In this document: one piece after another, positions 40,271 through 54,014 of the stretch | How positions within the stretch are numbered: position 1 is the stretch's first letter | Layout: each line of letters begins with the position of its first letter | Assembly (NCBI GenBank): GCA_964016885.1 | Contig: OZ024740.1 | Span: forward strand, 188,170,001-188,234,000 | Reading direction: 5' to 3' | From: Eledone cirrhosa | Lineage: Eukaryota | DNA length: 64,000 nt | Made by a program: the position numbers and the translations under genes | The notes under the pieces: model-generated | Databases searched by the model: none | Seen by the model: the letters and a program-made list of their open reading frames with translations, nothing else | What the model was told of the DNA's origin: nothing

Positions 40271-40311
40271 CTCGAGTTGAGAATCTGTTGGGGGAAACGC
40301 GTGTCCTCGGG
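40271..40311 (+). ncRNA. Minimal hammerhead ribozyme motif, UUGAGAA core
   Basis: ctcgag-UUGAGAA-tct gttg ggg-GAAA-cgcgtg-UC-ctcggg, ~35 bp upstream of a (TA)n tract. Confidence 0.65.
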
Positions 40312-40538
40312 GAGGGTTTGCTAATTTGTTGTACAACTAACTTCATATATATATATATAATTGGACCTTTATTCTGTTTCTCCATTGTGATCCTATCTCT
40401 ATTTTGTACTCCTGAAGATGGGCTTAAGCCCTACATGTTGATCTTTCTTTCCTCTTTCCAATATAATGCGTGAATCTAATAAGAAATGTTGTACCTCTGT
40501 TTGTTATCTCCTTGAACTATATATATCTATATATCTCA

Positions 40539-40597
<59 letters not shown>

Positions 40598-42328
40598 CAT
40601 ATACATACCCAGTGATTTTTCTGTGTGTGGGAAATACATTTTGATCATCATTTTGTATTAAACTAAGTTTATTAGCAATACAGTGAAATGCTAGGTGATC
40701 AGTCCACATATGTACAAACATTGATAACCAAAAATATTAAGTAATTTGTGAGCAATTATTTTATTGACATGCCTTAATAATCTAATGTTTAATCTGCTTT
40801 CATAAATATATAAAAGTGAAACAAACTTTTTGAATTAGAAAGGATCTCATTTTCTTTATACAAAATAAAATACTGAGATTAAATATTAAATAGTTTTGCT
40901 AGAACAGTATGCACTATTATATTCAAGGTAAATTTAATGTAGATACAATCACATATTTTGAATTAGAAACCTTTAGCAGCAAAATTAAATTATAAATAGT
41001 TAAGTTAGAACACAGAATTGCTATAAATATTTGCTGTGCTTTAGTGTAAATATTTGTTAACTTCCTATGAATGCAAAAAGTTAATCATATATATTTGTCT
41101 GTGTATAGAGGGAATAATTGAAAGGTTTAACACTTTATTCATTTCATAACAAAGCTTCAAATTTAAAAAAAACTGTAGTTAATACTACATCAACTTTACC
41201 TTACATTTAAATATTGTCAATCCTCTTGATTTATTGCAGGATTTTCTTAGGAAGAAAAAATAAATACTTTCAGATATTTTAAAAGGATAATGGGAATTTG
41301 TAATGTTTATGCATTTGTAACAGTCCATTTTAATATCATTGATATGATAAAATAAATTGTTACTACTAGGAACTATAATGTGTTTAATTACCTTTCTTAG
41401 TCAGTTTTCAACAACATATTCAAAAGTCAATTCAAATGATTAAAATTCAATGATTAACAGCTGTAGTAACAGTAGCAGTTATTTGTCACCTTCATATACA
41501 TGATATACAAAATTTACAATTGTACTATCAGTTTTCATTGCATATATTAGTTCCATTAATGTAAGATTACATTTCATCCTTTTGATAAGTTTAGAAATAG
41601 ATAAAACAAGATCAGTATAAGAAGAGATAAGAAATTTCCTTCACCTTACTGTTTTTTAATCAGGCGTTGAAATGTCAGGAAATCCTCCATAAAAGTCAGG
41701 ATTTCAGGTTGTATAAGTTATTTACTACTAAAAGTGTCATTTCAATAGTCATGTTATGGAATGAAAATAAGAAATCAAGGAACCATTTAGAAAAAAAAAT
41801 TAAGTTTCTGTCAAACATTATCTCAGTAATGTTTCAGCCTTGAGTAAACAGCAGCTAAATACTGAAGATTGGTTGCTTAAGTAGTGGAATGTGAATGAGA
41901 ATTCTGCCAGCTAAACAAGTTAAGATATATTGAAGCTAATTGTAGCTTTACATGCCTATAAATAATGCATTGGTTGGATTATATTTACAGTTTGGAAGTA
42001 TCTGATTTTAATCTAAAAAAGTACAAAATATATTTTAAGAAGATCTTAGCCCCCAAGGGATCTAGATCAATATGGGTATACACTTTGCCCATCAGACACA
42101 CACACACATATATGTAATAAAAGGTAGTTCAATATTATATTAAGGAATGTATACTAAGCTAGCTAATATTTTATATCAGCATAAGCAATACTTCATATAT
42201 TGATGTTGAATCTTAAAGAACAAACAATTGAAGTTAGATACTTTAAAGTAATTGACTCACAGAAGCAAAGATAGTAATTGACAGAATAATTACTACTTAG
42301 CTGCATGAAGCTGATATGAAATAATGAA

Positions 42329-42393
42329 ATAATTGTTTCTACTTTTGGCACAAGGCCAGCAATTACCCAGTGCATTACTGGTACTTTATTTTA
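42329..42393 (-). mobile_element. SINE family 1, 3' fragment
   Basis: Reverse complement of 13366-13430. Confidence 0.8.
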
Positions 42394-42777
42394 TGAAATA
42401 ATGTTGGTTATTTAAGTAGGTAGAATATTTCCTCAGTTCTTTTATGTATACCTGAATTATTATATATTACTGAATAGTGCTTCAGATTGTGTTATATTTT
42501 AGATCTTGAATTACCCAGCTTGAGGTTGAAAAGCAAGTATTGTTTGCTTAATATTTAACTAGCATGTCTTCCCTCTGCACTAATTTGCACATTGTGTGAT
42601 AAGCTACCTCAATAAGTCATACCAAGCCATTCAATATCTCCTGGAATCAATTTGATGGTATTACTTGCAATAAATACTGAAATCTCATGATGAGTATAGT
42701 GAGGAATGTGCTAGTAAGGAAAATACATTATCAATAAACTGATGGAGTTGAATGTGTGTGAGTTTGCATGCACACAA

Positions 42778-42817
<40 letters not shown>

Positions 42818-43679
42818 CAAGGAGAACGGTTGTTAAATAATAATGAGAATGAGATATATATATGGTGAATGTGAGAAATATTTTGCTGGATTGGGAAAAC
42901 AACAAATAATTATCCTCGGTGGTTGACGTCGTAGATCATCTAAACTGGAATCAACTTTTCAAATTAACATTATGTAGGCAAAATAGGAAGCTGATGTGAA
43001 ATATTAAAACCACTAACTTTCCAACTTTATTCCTTTTTTCTCAATTAATTTTTTTTTAATACGATACCATCTCAATGTTTTATGATTATCATCATCACCT
43101 TCCTCTTCATTTAAAAAATCCTCAGTCATTGATATTTCCAAACCTATTATAAAATAAGTTTTCTATCATAAAGTAAAGTTATAGTATGCCTGAAATACCA
43201 TAAATTATTAAATATTATTGAGAAATTTAAAGGAAAATTATTATATTGAGATTTCAATTTAGATTGTAAACAATTTACTCATGCTTTAGGTATTGTTACT
43301 AAAAAGATAGTGTTACTCTTGATATTTAATTCAAAACATAGCTTTATTATTCAAAGGTATCTGCTTGGAATGATATGTAGTTTGTAATTTGTTCCGTAGG
43401 CAGCAAATTGATAGAGCTGTTAGAACATGAGATAGAAACTTTTGTGATATTTATTCTGACTCTCGGCACTCTGACTTTAGACTCCACTGGGGGGGAATTT
43501 TGCTTTCAGCCTTTTCATGTTGATAAAGTACCAGTCTCCAGACATGGAAAAGGATGTGCTCTGCCAGATACAAAATACTGAATGTAACTACTGTGCCCCT
43601 ATAATCCCAACATAATGCAATTAGTTTCATATATATATATAGGTGCATGTATTGTTGTGTGGTTAAGGAATTTACTTTA

Positions 43680-43733
43680 TTTCAGCCCAGAAATAGTCGA
43701 AACGGCTTCAGCTCTGCCGTTGGGGTTAAACAT
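43680..43733 (+). mobile_element. Family B arm fragment next to (TA)n
   Basis: ccagaaatagtcgaaacggcttcagctctgccgttggggt matches 53075-53117. Confidence 0.7.
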
Positions 43734-43767
<34 letters not shown>

Positions 43768-43768
<1 letters not shown>

Positions 43769-44963
43769 CCGTTCCATTATCTGGTGGCCTCTTAGAAAAC
43801 TAGGTGTCGACGAATGGCTTGTGAGAGCTATACAAGCCATGTATAAAGAAACAGTCAGCAAGGTTAGAATTAACAACGAATATAGTGAAGAGTTTAGCGT
43901 AAAAGTTGGCGTCCATCAGGGCTCTGTTCTCAGCCGCCTACTATTTATTATTGCCCTTCAGGCTATAACAGAGGAGTTCAAGACCGGCTGCCCATGGGAA
44001 CTCCTATACCCAGACGACCTAATACTCATAGCTGAATAAATGGCCGAGCTAGAGAAGAAATTCCAAACATGGAAGCACGGCCTAGAATCAAAAGGCCTTA
44101 AAATTAACCTGTCTAAGACCAAAGTTCTAGTTTGTAGGAAAGAAAATAAGGTGGCAGTCTCTTCCGGGAAGTGGCCATGCTCAATGTGTAGGAAAGGCGT
44201 AGGTAGAAACTCCATTTTGTGTCAGAAATGCAAAGTATGGGTGCATAAAAGATGTAGTGTGATCACAGGTAAGCTAACTAAGAACATAGATTTCACATGT
44301 GGCCGGTGCTCCGGTGCAATAAGTAGCAGCAAGTGCCCACTAAATACTAGCTCTTTCAACTGCACAGAGGGCTCTATAGAAATAGTGGACAGCTTCCGTT
44401 ACCTGGGTGACAAAATCAGCAGTGGGGGAGGGTGCTCTGAAAGTACAGTAGCTAGAGTCAGAACTGGATGGAAAAAGTTCAGAGAGCTTATACCACTATT
44501 AGCCGCTAAAGGGTTCTCCCTAAAAATGAAAGGCAGGGTGTATGATGCATGCATACGAACAGCAATGTTGCATGGCAGTGAGACCTGGGCATTGAGTGCA
44601 GAGGATATACGCAGACTAGAGAGGAACGAAGCTTGCATGCTCCGCTGGATGTGTAATAGTAATATACGTGAACGGCAAAGCATAAACGAACTAAGGAAAA
44701 AATTAGAAATAAGAGGGATCAGATGTTGTTTACTCGAGAGAAGGCTACGTTGGTATGGACACGTGATGCGCATGAAAGTCGATAGCTGTATAACAAAGTG
44801 CAGGGCAATAAAGATAGATGGTAGCCACGGAATAGGCAGACCTAGAAAAACCTGGGACGAGCTGATAAACTCTGACCTCGCACACTTACACCTCTCCAAG
44901 ACAATGTCACTGGACCGAGACGTTTGGCGGTACTCAGTAATAGAGAAGACCCGCCTTACCTAA
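43768..44963 (+). pseudogene. RTE reverse transcriptase C-terminal half with PHD-like finger; one in-frame stop
   Basis: GVHQGSVLS, LLYPDD (YADD mutated), TAA at 44037-44039, then a 307-aa continuation with FRYLG, WYGHVMRM and GRPRKTW. Confidence 0.92.
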
Positions 44964-45348
44964 ATACATAGTAAAACCTACTACAATCAGTAGGCATCTC
45001 TAACAAAATACACCCCCGTCCCACCCCATCCACACCGCCCCCTTCTATGTAAAGTTATGTTGGTGCCACACCATCCAGGCCGAAACAAATGAGATCGTGT
45101 AGGTGTCACGACAAAAAAACACACAGTCCACGCTGTAATGTGGCCGTGTAGGCAACACGGTAAAAACCTCCCAGACCCACACTGTAAATGTGGTTGGTGT
45201 TAGGAAGGTCATCCAACTGTAGAAAACCTGCCAGACAGTCCTATGCGAGCAAGACAATCACTCTTGCCTCAAGTGGGAAAACCCCCGTCCAAACCCATGC
45301 AAGCGTGGAACACGGACGTTAAACGTTGATGATGATGATGATGATGAT
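43768..45348 (+). mobile_element. 5'-truncated RTE-clade LINE (second subfamily)
   Basis: RT ORFs, distinct 3' UTR, (GAT)n tail 45328-45348; starts directly after (TA)n. Confidence 0.93.
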
Positions 45349-45520
45349 ATATATTCATTTATTATGGCTAAGTAGAGTCCTGTTATTCTGGAGTTTCCCC
45401 TGTGTACTTGCAGGATCATCAGGCAACTACATGCAAATATATGTGCGTGTGTGTTTCTGTATTTATGTCCCAAAACTTAGCACTTTTACAAAAAAGAGAT
45501 CAATAAAATAAGTGTCAGGT

Positions 45521-46105
45521 TTGAAGAATCAGTGCTAGGGTCAATATGATCAACTAAATCAAGATAATGCTCCAGTCTGATGATAGACTTAAAGAAAAAT
45601 GATATATCGTCCAGATGTGTGAACGACATCTCATCTCTCTAAGATTATTAATTAAAACAGAAGGGCTTTAACGATAACAAGGCTAATCTTTTATTAAATG
45701 ATTCATTTAATAAAACAAAACATAATAATTACATTCATAGGACATACCCTGCAAGCTAAACGGCAATGGCTTAATTCTTACATTCAAGAAGAGATATGAA
45801 AATCTCTTGGTCAAAAACAGGCGTTTTTACAAAGTACGTCCACGTGGCAGGACAAAGGCGACTGGAATGAAAAACCAAATCTCTTGAGTTTTACATTGGT
45901 GTCTCTTCTTTTAGAGAACGCTGTGATAAGGGAAGTAATTCGCTATTTTTTTGTGTTACCCACAGGTGGCGACACTGCGTTGCTATAGTCAACACACTGT
46001 CGCCATAGTTACTACAATAGATGCAGTAACTATGGCTTGAAAAATCAGTGCTAGGGTCAATATGATCAACTAAATCAAGATAATGCTCCAGTCTGATGAT
46101 AGACT
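45521..46105. mobile_element. 447-bp unclassified insertion (45590-46036) flanked by a 69-bp direct repeat
   Basis: 45521-45589 equals 46037-46105 (1 mismatch); the insert ends in two overlapping hairpins. Confidence 0.75.
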
Positions 46106-46561
46106 AATGACCAAAACTTGTCAACGAATATTAAAAGATATCATTATGCTTAGTGCAAGATGAATATTTATACCACTCAGTACTGGCTTTCTGTTAGACT
46201 CTTTCAGTATTGATAGCAGAATTTTACAACCAGTTTTAGAAAGTATAAAATGTATCTGCAAGTTGGTTTCAGTTGAATTTACTTCAATCAATATGTAGGC
46301 ATTAATATGAAAATGAAATAAAATTATTAGGTCATACACCACGTAGCTTATGAAACATCTCTTTCTCGCTCACTTTTATTTCTTTTTTAGCTATTGTAAA
46401 AACACTTTAAATAGTTTTGTAATATATTGAAATATTAAAATACTTTTCTATGTTTTATTTCAACAATATAAATGAAAATATTTGTAGCAAATTGAATTGC
46501 ATATCCATTTTATTTTAACTATCTTTTGCATTAAATCCTGGCTGATAACATATTGTCTTTT

Positions 46562-46850
46562 AAGGATGGTAGATTGCCAGACTCTTTAGAGTATTGGACA
46601 ATATGCTGTGCAGTATTTAGTTATGACCCTTTATGTCATGAGTTCAAATTCCACAATTGGGAACCTTAAACTTATACTTAAACTTAACCTTTATTTTAAA
46701 CTTAATTTTAAACTTAACCTTAATTTTAAATTTAACCTTAAACTTTCATTTTTCTAACTTGATAAAAGGGAATACCAGCTAAGTACTGAGTCAATATATT
46801 TATCTGTTTCCCCTCCTTTCTGGCATTGCATCTATGTAAGTAGCCATTAT
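46562..46850 (+). mobile_element. Old SINE family 1-related copy interrupted by degenerate (aaccttaaactt)-like tandem array
   Basis: SINE head with gagttcaaattcc; array at ~46662-46745. Confidence 0.55.
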
Positions 46851-47359
46851 ACTGTTTCTTAGATACTCGTACTACTCTAAGGCCCTTTTACATAAAAAAT
46901 GTGTTCCAATATCTGTATTTATAGATCTATCCAACCTAAAATGAAAAACAAAATGTTAGTTATTGCATCTAAGATCCAGTGATTCTGATCTACACTTAAT
47001 ATTGTTTGCTTTTATTCATTTGTAAGCTCAGAAATATTTATTAGCATAAAAAAAAAAGAAAACAAATCAGAAATACATCAATCTTGCTTCCAGCAATCAC
47101 AGCTTCATATTTCATATGGTCTGTTAATACTTTCTTCAAATGTGTTGGAAGATATCTAATAAAATAGTTTTTTGTTACCATCATTGAAATATTGAAGATA
47201 TTTTCTCAGAAAGAACTTCCTGGTAAATAAAGTATTCACTGTGGAAACTAAATCTCATAATAATTAAATTCTTAGGCTACAGAACACATTTATCAATGAG
47301 GAAAGCACAAGATGTCATTTTCGATTAGAAACACTTGCATGTATTCTTATGTGATTTGG

Positions 47360-47396
<37 letters not shown>

Positions 47397-47801
47397 GGAA
47401 AGTGTGCATAAAATGTTTATACACACACACACACACACGTGTGTGTGTGTATACATACACAAAGGAAATACAATAAACCATAATGGGCATATATTATGTA
47501 GGTAAATTTGGAATAAATTCTCAATTTGCAGCTAATGATAAAATGCATTATTTATCATATTGTTTCAAATATCTCCTCCTCTATTCACAATTTACTGACT
47601 GATGTGATTATATCAATGTGACACCATGTTGTTGTTGTATTTACTCTTTCTGTTTTTATCATGTAATCTGCTGAAGAGTAAGGTCAAATGTTTCACTGCA
47701 TCAGAAAGAAAAAATGTAAAAGCTATTGTGATCTTTTGAGGGAGTTTCTTTTATATGTCTATATGGTTGTATGTCAATGAATTAATTGTGATAGATATTC
47801 T

Positions 47802-47861
47802 ACCCGTCCAGACCCATGCTAGCGTGGAAAATGGACGTTAAACGATGATGATGATGATGAT
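47802..47861 (+). mobile_element. Very short RTE 3' terminus (stem-loop + (GAT)n)
   Basis: acccgtccagacccatgctagcgtggaaaatggacgttaaacgatgatg matches 45283-45348. Confidence 0.85.
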
Positions 47862-49350
47862 TCTTCAGACAACAAAAGGTGCAAAGTAATGTCGTAAGCA
47901 GGGCCAGCACTAACATTAGACATCTGGAGAGTGGCATAGAGTGCAGACCTCAGTGAAGTGTATTACTGAAATATAATGAGTCAGTTTTATCAAACTTTGT
48001 ATGATATATTATATATATAATAATTCCTTGCAATCAATAAATATATCACTAAACATTTTTGCTCGGTAGAAAGGTCTGTATGGTTTTAGAATATGTAACA
48101 TGATTTGGTGTGGGTGCATGTGGACTTTGTAGAAAAATCAAGCATACTAATTATCTTAGTGTAGTCAGAACAATGTATGCCAAAAGCTAGGGCACATAAC
48201 ATAATTCTGAATTCTAATCATGTTCTTCAGCTGATAATATAATTTGAATATTTGCAATTATACAATTATGGGCCTTATTGATTTGGAAAAATAGGATCAT
48301 TTCATTGATTGGCAGCAATGATTCATGCTCCCCTATACTTACAGATCAGTAGTTTTCTCTCTTCATACTTTCTATCAGTACTGTTATTCTGCTCGTGCTG
48401 CATACTCTCTCTAAAGAAGCCCACACAACTCAGTCATCTCTTCTTTCATTACCTATACTATGTCACACATCCAAAATTCCACATAGTAAATTTTCTATGT
48501 CCTTCTGAGTTTCCTTCTCCACCTCTGCAAATACCCATTTAATCTTCAAGGGCCTCAACTCTCCTGCCCTGTTTAAGCTATAAAAAACTCAAATAAACCT
48601 TTACTATATTTAAGTTTTTTTCGTTTGCATTTTTACATCCAGTAAATAATAGTATCTACACACTTATTTAATCAAATACTTTAATAATGGTAATTTTTCT
48701 AATTTATTCTTGTCTAACAATTACTTTTGTATTTTGTAAACACAAAATCATTATATTTACCAATTAAATATTACTAAAATAGTTGTTATGCATAGGGAAA
48801 CATATTGTTTAAGTTAAGGACTTAGTGTATGGATTTTTATGTGGAGGTTGATATATATTATATTTAATCCAACATTTTACTTTTTCTTACTCTTTTATCG
48901 TTAATGGTTTTATATATCTTTAAATGTTTCTGAGAACTTTTTAAGCATTTAATATGTTTATTTTATCAAGCATAATGATTAGTTATATTTAATATTCTAT
49001 AGCATTATTGCTAATAGTAGAAAATGTAGATTTGATTGGTGTTACTATTAGTCTATTTGCATTCAGGTTTCTAGATAGCTGATCTAGATTTGGAATTGTT
49101 TTACAACTATTTCTGGGGAATTGACATCACTACACTTAGTATTATTAAGATGATCATAATCAACAGTATGTGTAGTACAACACTACTATTATGGATGCAT
49201 CACTTTATATGTCATAATCTTTATTCTAGCCATATTTATAATTTATCATCCCTATCATTACTGATTTCATAATAGTCACTGTCAGTATTATTTTCATGTT
49301 GTTAATGCTGGCAATTTATCTGTGATATATATATATATATATATATATAT

Positions 49351-49610
49351 AACGAAGGAAATGTGGTAAGTAACCAGGTGGACCATAACGCACCAAAGTA
49401 CTCAATACTTAGGGTAGTAGAGTGGGTAATAGGAACGAGTAGGACCCCGACGACTAAGCTCAAGCCGTTTCGACGGCTAATTCTGGACTAAAAGAAAATA
49501 TTTTTTTATTTATAGACTAGAATATAGACTAAAAATAAACAATTTTTTTAGTCCAGAATTAGCCTTCAAAACGGCTTGAGCTCAGCCGTCGGGGTCCTAC
49601 TCGTTCCTAT
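49351..49610 (-). mobile_element. Fold-back PLE remnant, family B
   Basis: 78-bp tail plus hairpin 49429-49610; (TA)n on both sides. Confidence 0.87.
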
Positions 49611-52172
49611 ATATATATATATATATGATGTCAGTTTAATATTTTGTTGTCAATATTCTAGATCGATTTTTTAAGCATTAAAAATGTTATTTCCTATAAC
49701 TTTGTAACATTAAGATTTCTGGTTGCAGATTTTCTGATCTGAGTTGGAATGTTGCCATGATATTAATATAGAAAAATAAATAAAATATTTATAATATTAA
49801 AATGATGACTTCACCAAAATTCTTTGTTGAAAACTGATAATTTGTGATATAATCTAATATAATTTAGTTTATTTTATGTTGTACTTTTTTGACACAGAAA
49901 TAGGTTTCAATTTAATCAGTATGACTTTGTCCTATTTCAAAATCAATTTCAATATTTGACAAAGAATTTCATTAGATTATCTACATATTTTTCCTTTTTA
50001 AAATATCTTTTTAACATTCTATTGTCTACTATTTGACTATTTTCAATTTCAATATAATGTTAGCTAACACCTGGTATCGTTAAATATGTTTGCTTTATGG
50101 AGAAAACTCAGAAGATTGGACAAAAGTTACAGTCCCTCTTATTCATAATTCCAAGGAGACCTTTATATAAAGTGGAGGTGCTAAATTATAAAAAAAACTT
50201 CCTATTTTGATGGCTATGTTTGTTTTCAAGAATTCTTATCTAGTGTTTATCTTGAATTTGATCTTTGAAGAGATGAGTTAAAATTCTTATAAACAGTGTT
50301 TATTGGATTCACTTATTCCTTTACATCTAGTCAATAACAATTTTCTCAATGAATTCTATTTTAATCATATTCTTTATCTCCACAGAACTGACACTGATCA
50401 GTTATTAATATAAGCCAAATCTGTATTTACTGTTTTAACTCTTTTGATTTCAGCTCAGCCAAAGGTGGCTCAGGTTCTATGAAACAAAACTAAACATTTG
50501 AAAGGGTTCCTATTTAAGTTAAATTCTCCCAGCATTATTTGACAAAGTCGATAAAATAAAGCACCAGTAATACTCTGGGATAATTACTGGCCTTGTACCA
50601 ACAGTAGAAACAATTATTTTATATAAAAACCATAAGAAAATAATTAATGATTTTAGTGAATTCCCGAAAATACCTCCTTTAGAAATACAATCAGAAAAGA
50701 GTTTAAAATGAAAGCACACATTACGTAATGTAGTACTTGATACATCTGCAAAAAATAGTATGGTCCTGGTTGTAGCACATCATAAGTCTACCTAATCCAG
50801 GTTTATCTGAGACAATATGCCAACAAATAAATTGAAAAGTTTATTTGTATGCAAGTGTGTGCAGGTATTCTATTTTCTCTTATGCAATCTCTCATCCTTT
50901 TTCTAGATTAGGCAATCCCAATTAATCATTTTTTAGTATTTGTCATAATTTATATCTATTTACTTTGCACATCTTAGTATAAAGAAACTATCTTAAATGT
51001 TGACGATGTTCTCTTCTAACATTTATTAGGACATATTTTGTCTCGAACAATCAATACTGTGATTAGAAATCAATCAATACAAGCTTTATTTGATAGTTAA
51101 AGTTCTGACCATGTTATCAAAGCCAATACTGTTAAATAGAATGATTTAATATTACAGGGAAAGTTTGTTGAGGAGCATGTAGGTTCTTGACATGTTCCAC
51201 ATGTTCACCATCTCTTGCTACCACATTCAATATTTGTGTAAATTTTATTTTATTTCGGAGAATGACATGTTAATAAAAGTTTTTGTTTTAATTTTTGTTT
51301 AGAAAATAGAAGTTACAGAGTATTTTGTAATCAAATATTATTTAGTTGTAAAACATTCACTTTCAGTCCTCCAATGAAGTAACAATAAGCTATCAAGATA
51401 AACAATATAATACTTTCTGTCCATTTTTTGTTTATTATATATTTCAGAGTAAAATGTATTAGATCCATCACATAACTTCTCTATGTTCAAACTATTCATC
51501 ATCATTGCAAACACTCTTGTCTACTGCTCCCTAATGAGGCGAGGGGATTATTGTGGCAATTCTGAGTCCACGATCGCAGGTTGCATCCTTGAGTCAGGTT
51601 AAAGAACACCCAGTTTGGCCTGTCTTGTCAGTTGCACATCATCCTCATCTTCAAACTATTATGGTTGGCAAATATTCAAAATGTTACATTATAAATTTTG
51701 AGACAAAATAGTTTTATTTTACTAATAACTATGAAATCCTTCCTGCTTGACACAGCTGTTAAAAAGTAATTTACATGTTCATGTTATTAGTTAAAACAAA
51801 AGAAAAATAAATAAATAAATATACAGAAGACAATTGATTTCAAAATTCAAACTCCAGATCTTATAAGATACTCACTAAATCAATTACCTCTTTATTGACT
51901 TTGCTTGTTTCAAAGCAGTGAAGTGGTATGTGTTTAAGCATGAATGTATGATTAAAATCTTATGTCACTTGTAAAATTAAAAATTTGTCACTGCTCTCTT
52001 CTAATACATTGAAGAAGTCACGACTGCTGAAAATCAAGTCAGTATTTGTTTTCACAGACAGAAGAAATATATCTTCAAATATAAAGCTTGAATAGAGTAT
52101 TTTAATGTTATACGGTCACATCTTATTAAGACAATGACATTCTTCTGTCTCTATCCTTTTGTTCCTTCAATC

Positions 52173-52262
<90 letters not shown>

Positions 52263-52265
<3 letters not shown>

Positions 52266-53132
52266 GAAGGAATTGTGGTAAGGAACCAGATAGACCATAA
52301 TGCACCAAAGTACTCAATACTTAGGGTAGTAGTGTGGGTAATAGGAACAAGTATGACCCCGACGGTAGAGCTCAAGCCGTTTCAACGGCTATTTCTGGAC
52401 TAAATAAGAATTTTTAGCCTGGTAAATAAATAGCCGAACTTCTCAGAGGGTATTACCTTATATGGGAAGATAGTAATTGTCAAGAGGATTGGTCAAAAAT
52501 TTGTTGTAAAGATAGATAAATCTACCATGGCATTTGGTGGGAGGTAGGGGTGGCTGAACTTGCCAGTAGAACAAAGAGGGAGTGGGGGAAATCCAGTAAA
52601 GCATTGAAATAGAAATCTATACAGCAGATTGTAAGGATAGTGTATAAAAGGTCGGAAAAAATGTACTGGAGAAGAGGAGGGGTGGGGGAGTTGAAAGAAT
52701 AGGTAAATCGAAATGGAGTAAAAAAAAAACATTATAAAAATAAGGAAATAAATATATAAAAACAATTTCTGGTTACTACTCCATTTCTACAATCACCAAA
52801 TTTCTCATTGGCATATCTAAGCTATAGAAAAGTTTAATAGGTGGAGAATGGGAAAAATACTAAATACGAGATAGTAGTGAAAGAATTTTATAAAGCTGGC
52901 TTTACAAGGAGTCTAACACCGCTGCTATAGATAGTTAGTAATCAGCCAATGCTATCTTACAATGACAGGTTAATAAGTTGAGAACAAAAATACTAATTAC
53001 TATCTTCCCATATAAGGTAATACCCCCTGAGAAGTTCGGCTATTTATTTACCAGGCTAAAAATTCTAATTTAGTCCAAAAATAGCCGTCGAAACGGCTTG
53101 AGCTCTGCCGTTGGGGTCATACTTGTTCCTAT
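52263..53132 (-). mobile_element. PLE 3' UTR remnant, family B, with ~138-bp inverted pseudo-LTR
   Basis: 52341-52479 pairs with 52995-53132; interior aligns with 23630-24170; (TA)n on both sides. Confidence 0.88.
53022..53117 (+). ncRNA. Hammerhead ribozyme motif, family B (CUGAGAA core)
   Basis: acccc-CUGAGAA-gttcggctattt...aaatagccgtc-GAAA-cggc ttgagctct gccg-UU-ggggt. Confidence 0.65.
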
Positions 53133-53151
53133 ATATATATATATATATATA

Positions 53152-54007
53152 TCATCATCAACATTTTACGTCCGTTCTTCCATGCTAGCATGGGTTAGAT
53201 GGGTTGCCCTGTTGTGGGCAGTAGCTGGTCAGCTGACCATGTCTTGCTCATATGGGAACTGATTCTGGCTTGTTTTCTACAGCTGGATGCTCTTCCTAAC
53301 ACCAACCTCATTTACAGTGTGGGCTGGGTGCTTTTTTGCCGTGGCACCTCCACGACCACTTTGCATTGGGAGGGGGTGGGGGCATATTGTCCATATGCTT
53401 CAGCTTCGGCTTGTACCCAGACGGGGTCGGGTCTTCTGTATTACTGCATCATGCCAGAGGTCACGGTCGTGTGTCATCACCCTTCTTGGGTCTCCCCACT
53501 CCGCGGTTTTCATCGACTTCTAGTGCTCTGCACCTTTTTATGCAGCTGTCATCCTTCATATGCATCACATGTCCATACCAACACAACCTCCTCTCCTGCA
53601 CACAGCATTTGATTCCTCTTATGCTCAGTCTCCCTCTCAATTCGTTTATGCTGTGCCGTTCGTGTATATTACTATTACACATCCATCGGAGCATGCAAGC
53701 TTCGTTTCTTTCTAATCTACGCAAGTCTTCTACAGTCAGCGCCCAGGTCTCACCACCATGTAACATTGCTGTTCGTATACACGCATCATACAGTCTGCCT
53801 ATCATTTTGAGGGAAAAGCCTTTTGCAGCTAGCAGTGGCAGTAACTCCCTGAACTTCTTCCATCCCATTCTTACTCTAGTTATTGTACTTTCCAAACACC
53901 CACCTCTGCTGCTAATTCGGTCACCTAGGTAGCAGAAGCTGTCTACTGTTTCTACAGAGCCCTCCCAGAGTTTGGTGGTGCTTGTTTCCTGTGGCTGTTT
54001 GCTGTTT
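53152..54007 (-). mobile_element. 5'-truncated RTE LINE
   Basis: ORF 53461..54054 is nearly identical to the C-terminus of the 2.5-kb copy; 3' UTR and (CAT)n present. Confidence 0.92.
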
Positions 54008-54014
54008 GATATAA

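Noticed and set aside
46662-46745. Telomere-like repeat
   Set aside because: Units are degenerate aacctt/aaactt, not TTAGGG, and sit within a decayed SINE.
47666-47710. ctgaaga...gaaa as a further hammerhead (similar weak cases at ~3925-3985, ~7165-7200, ~17097)
   Set aside because: Stems I-III cannot be formed convincingly by eye.
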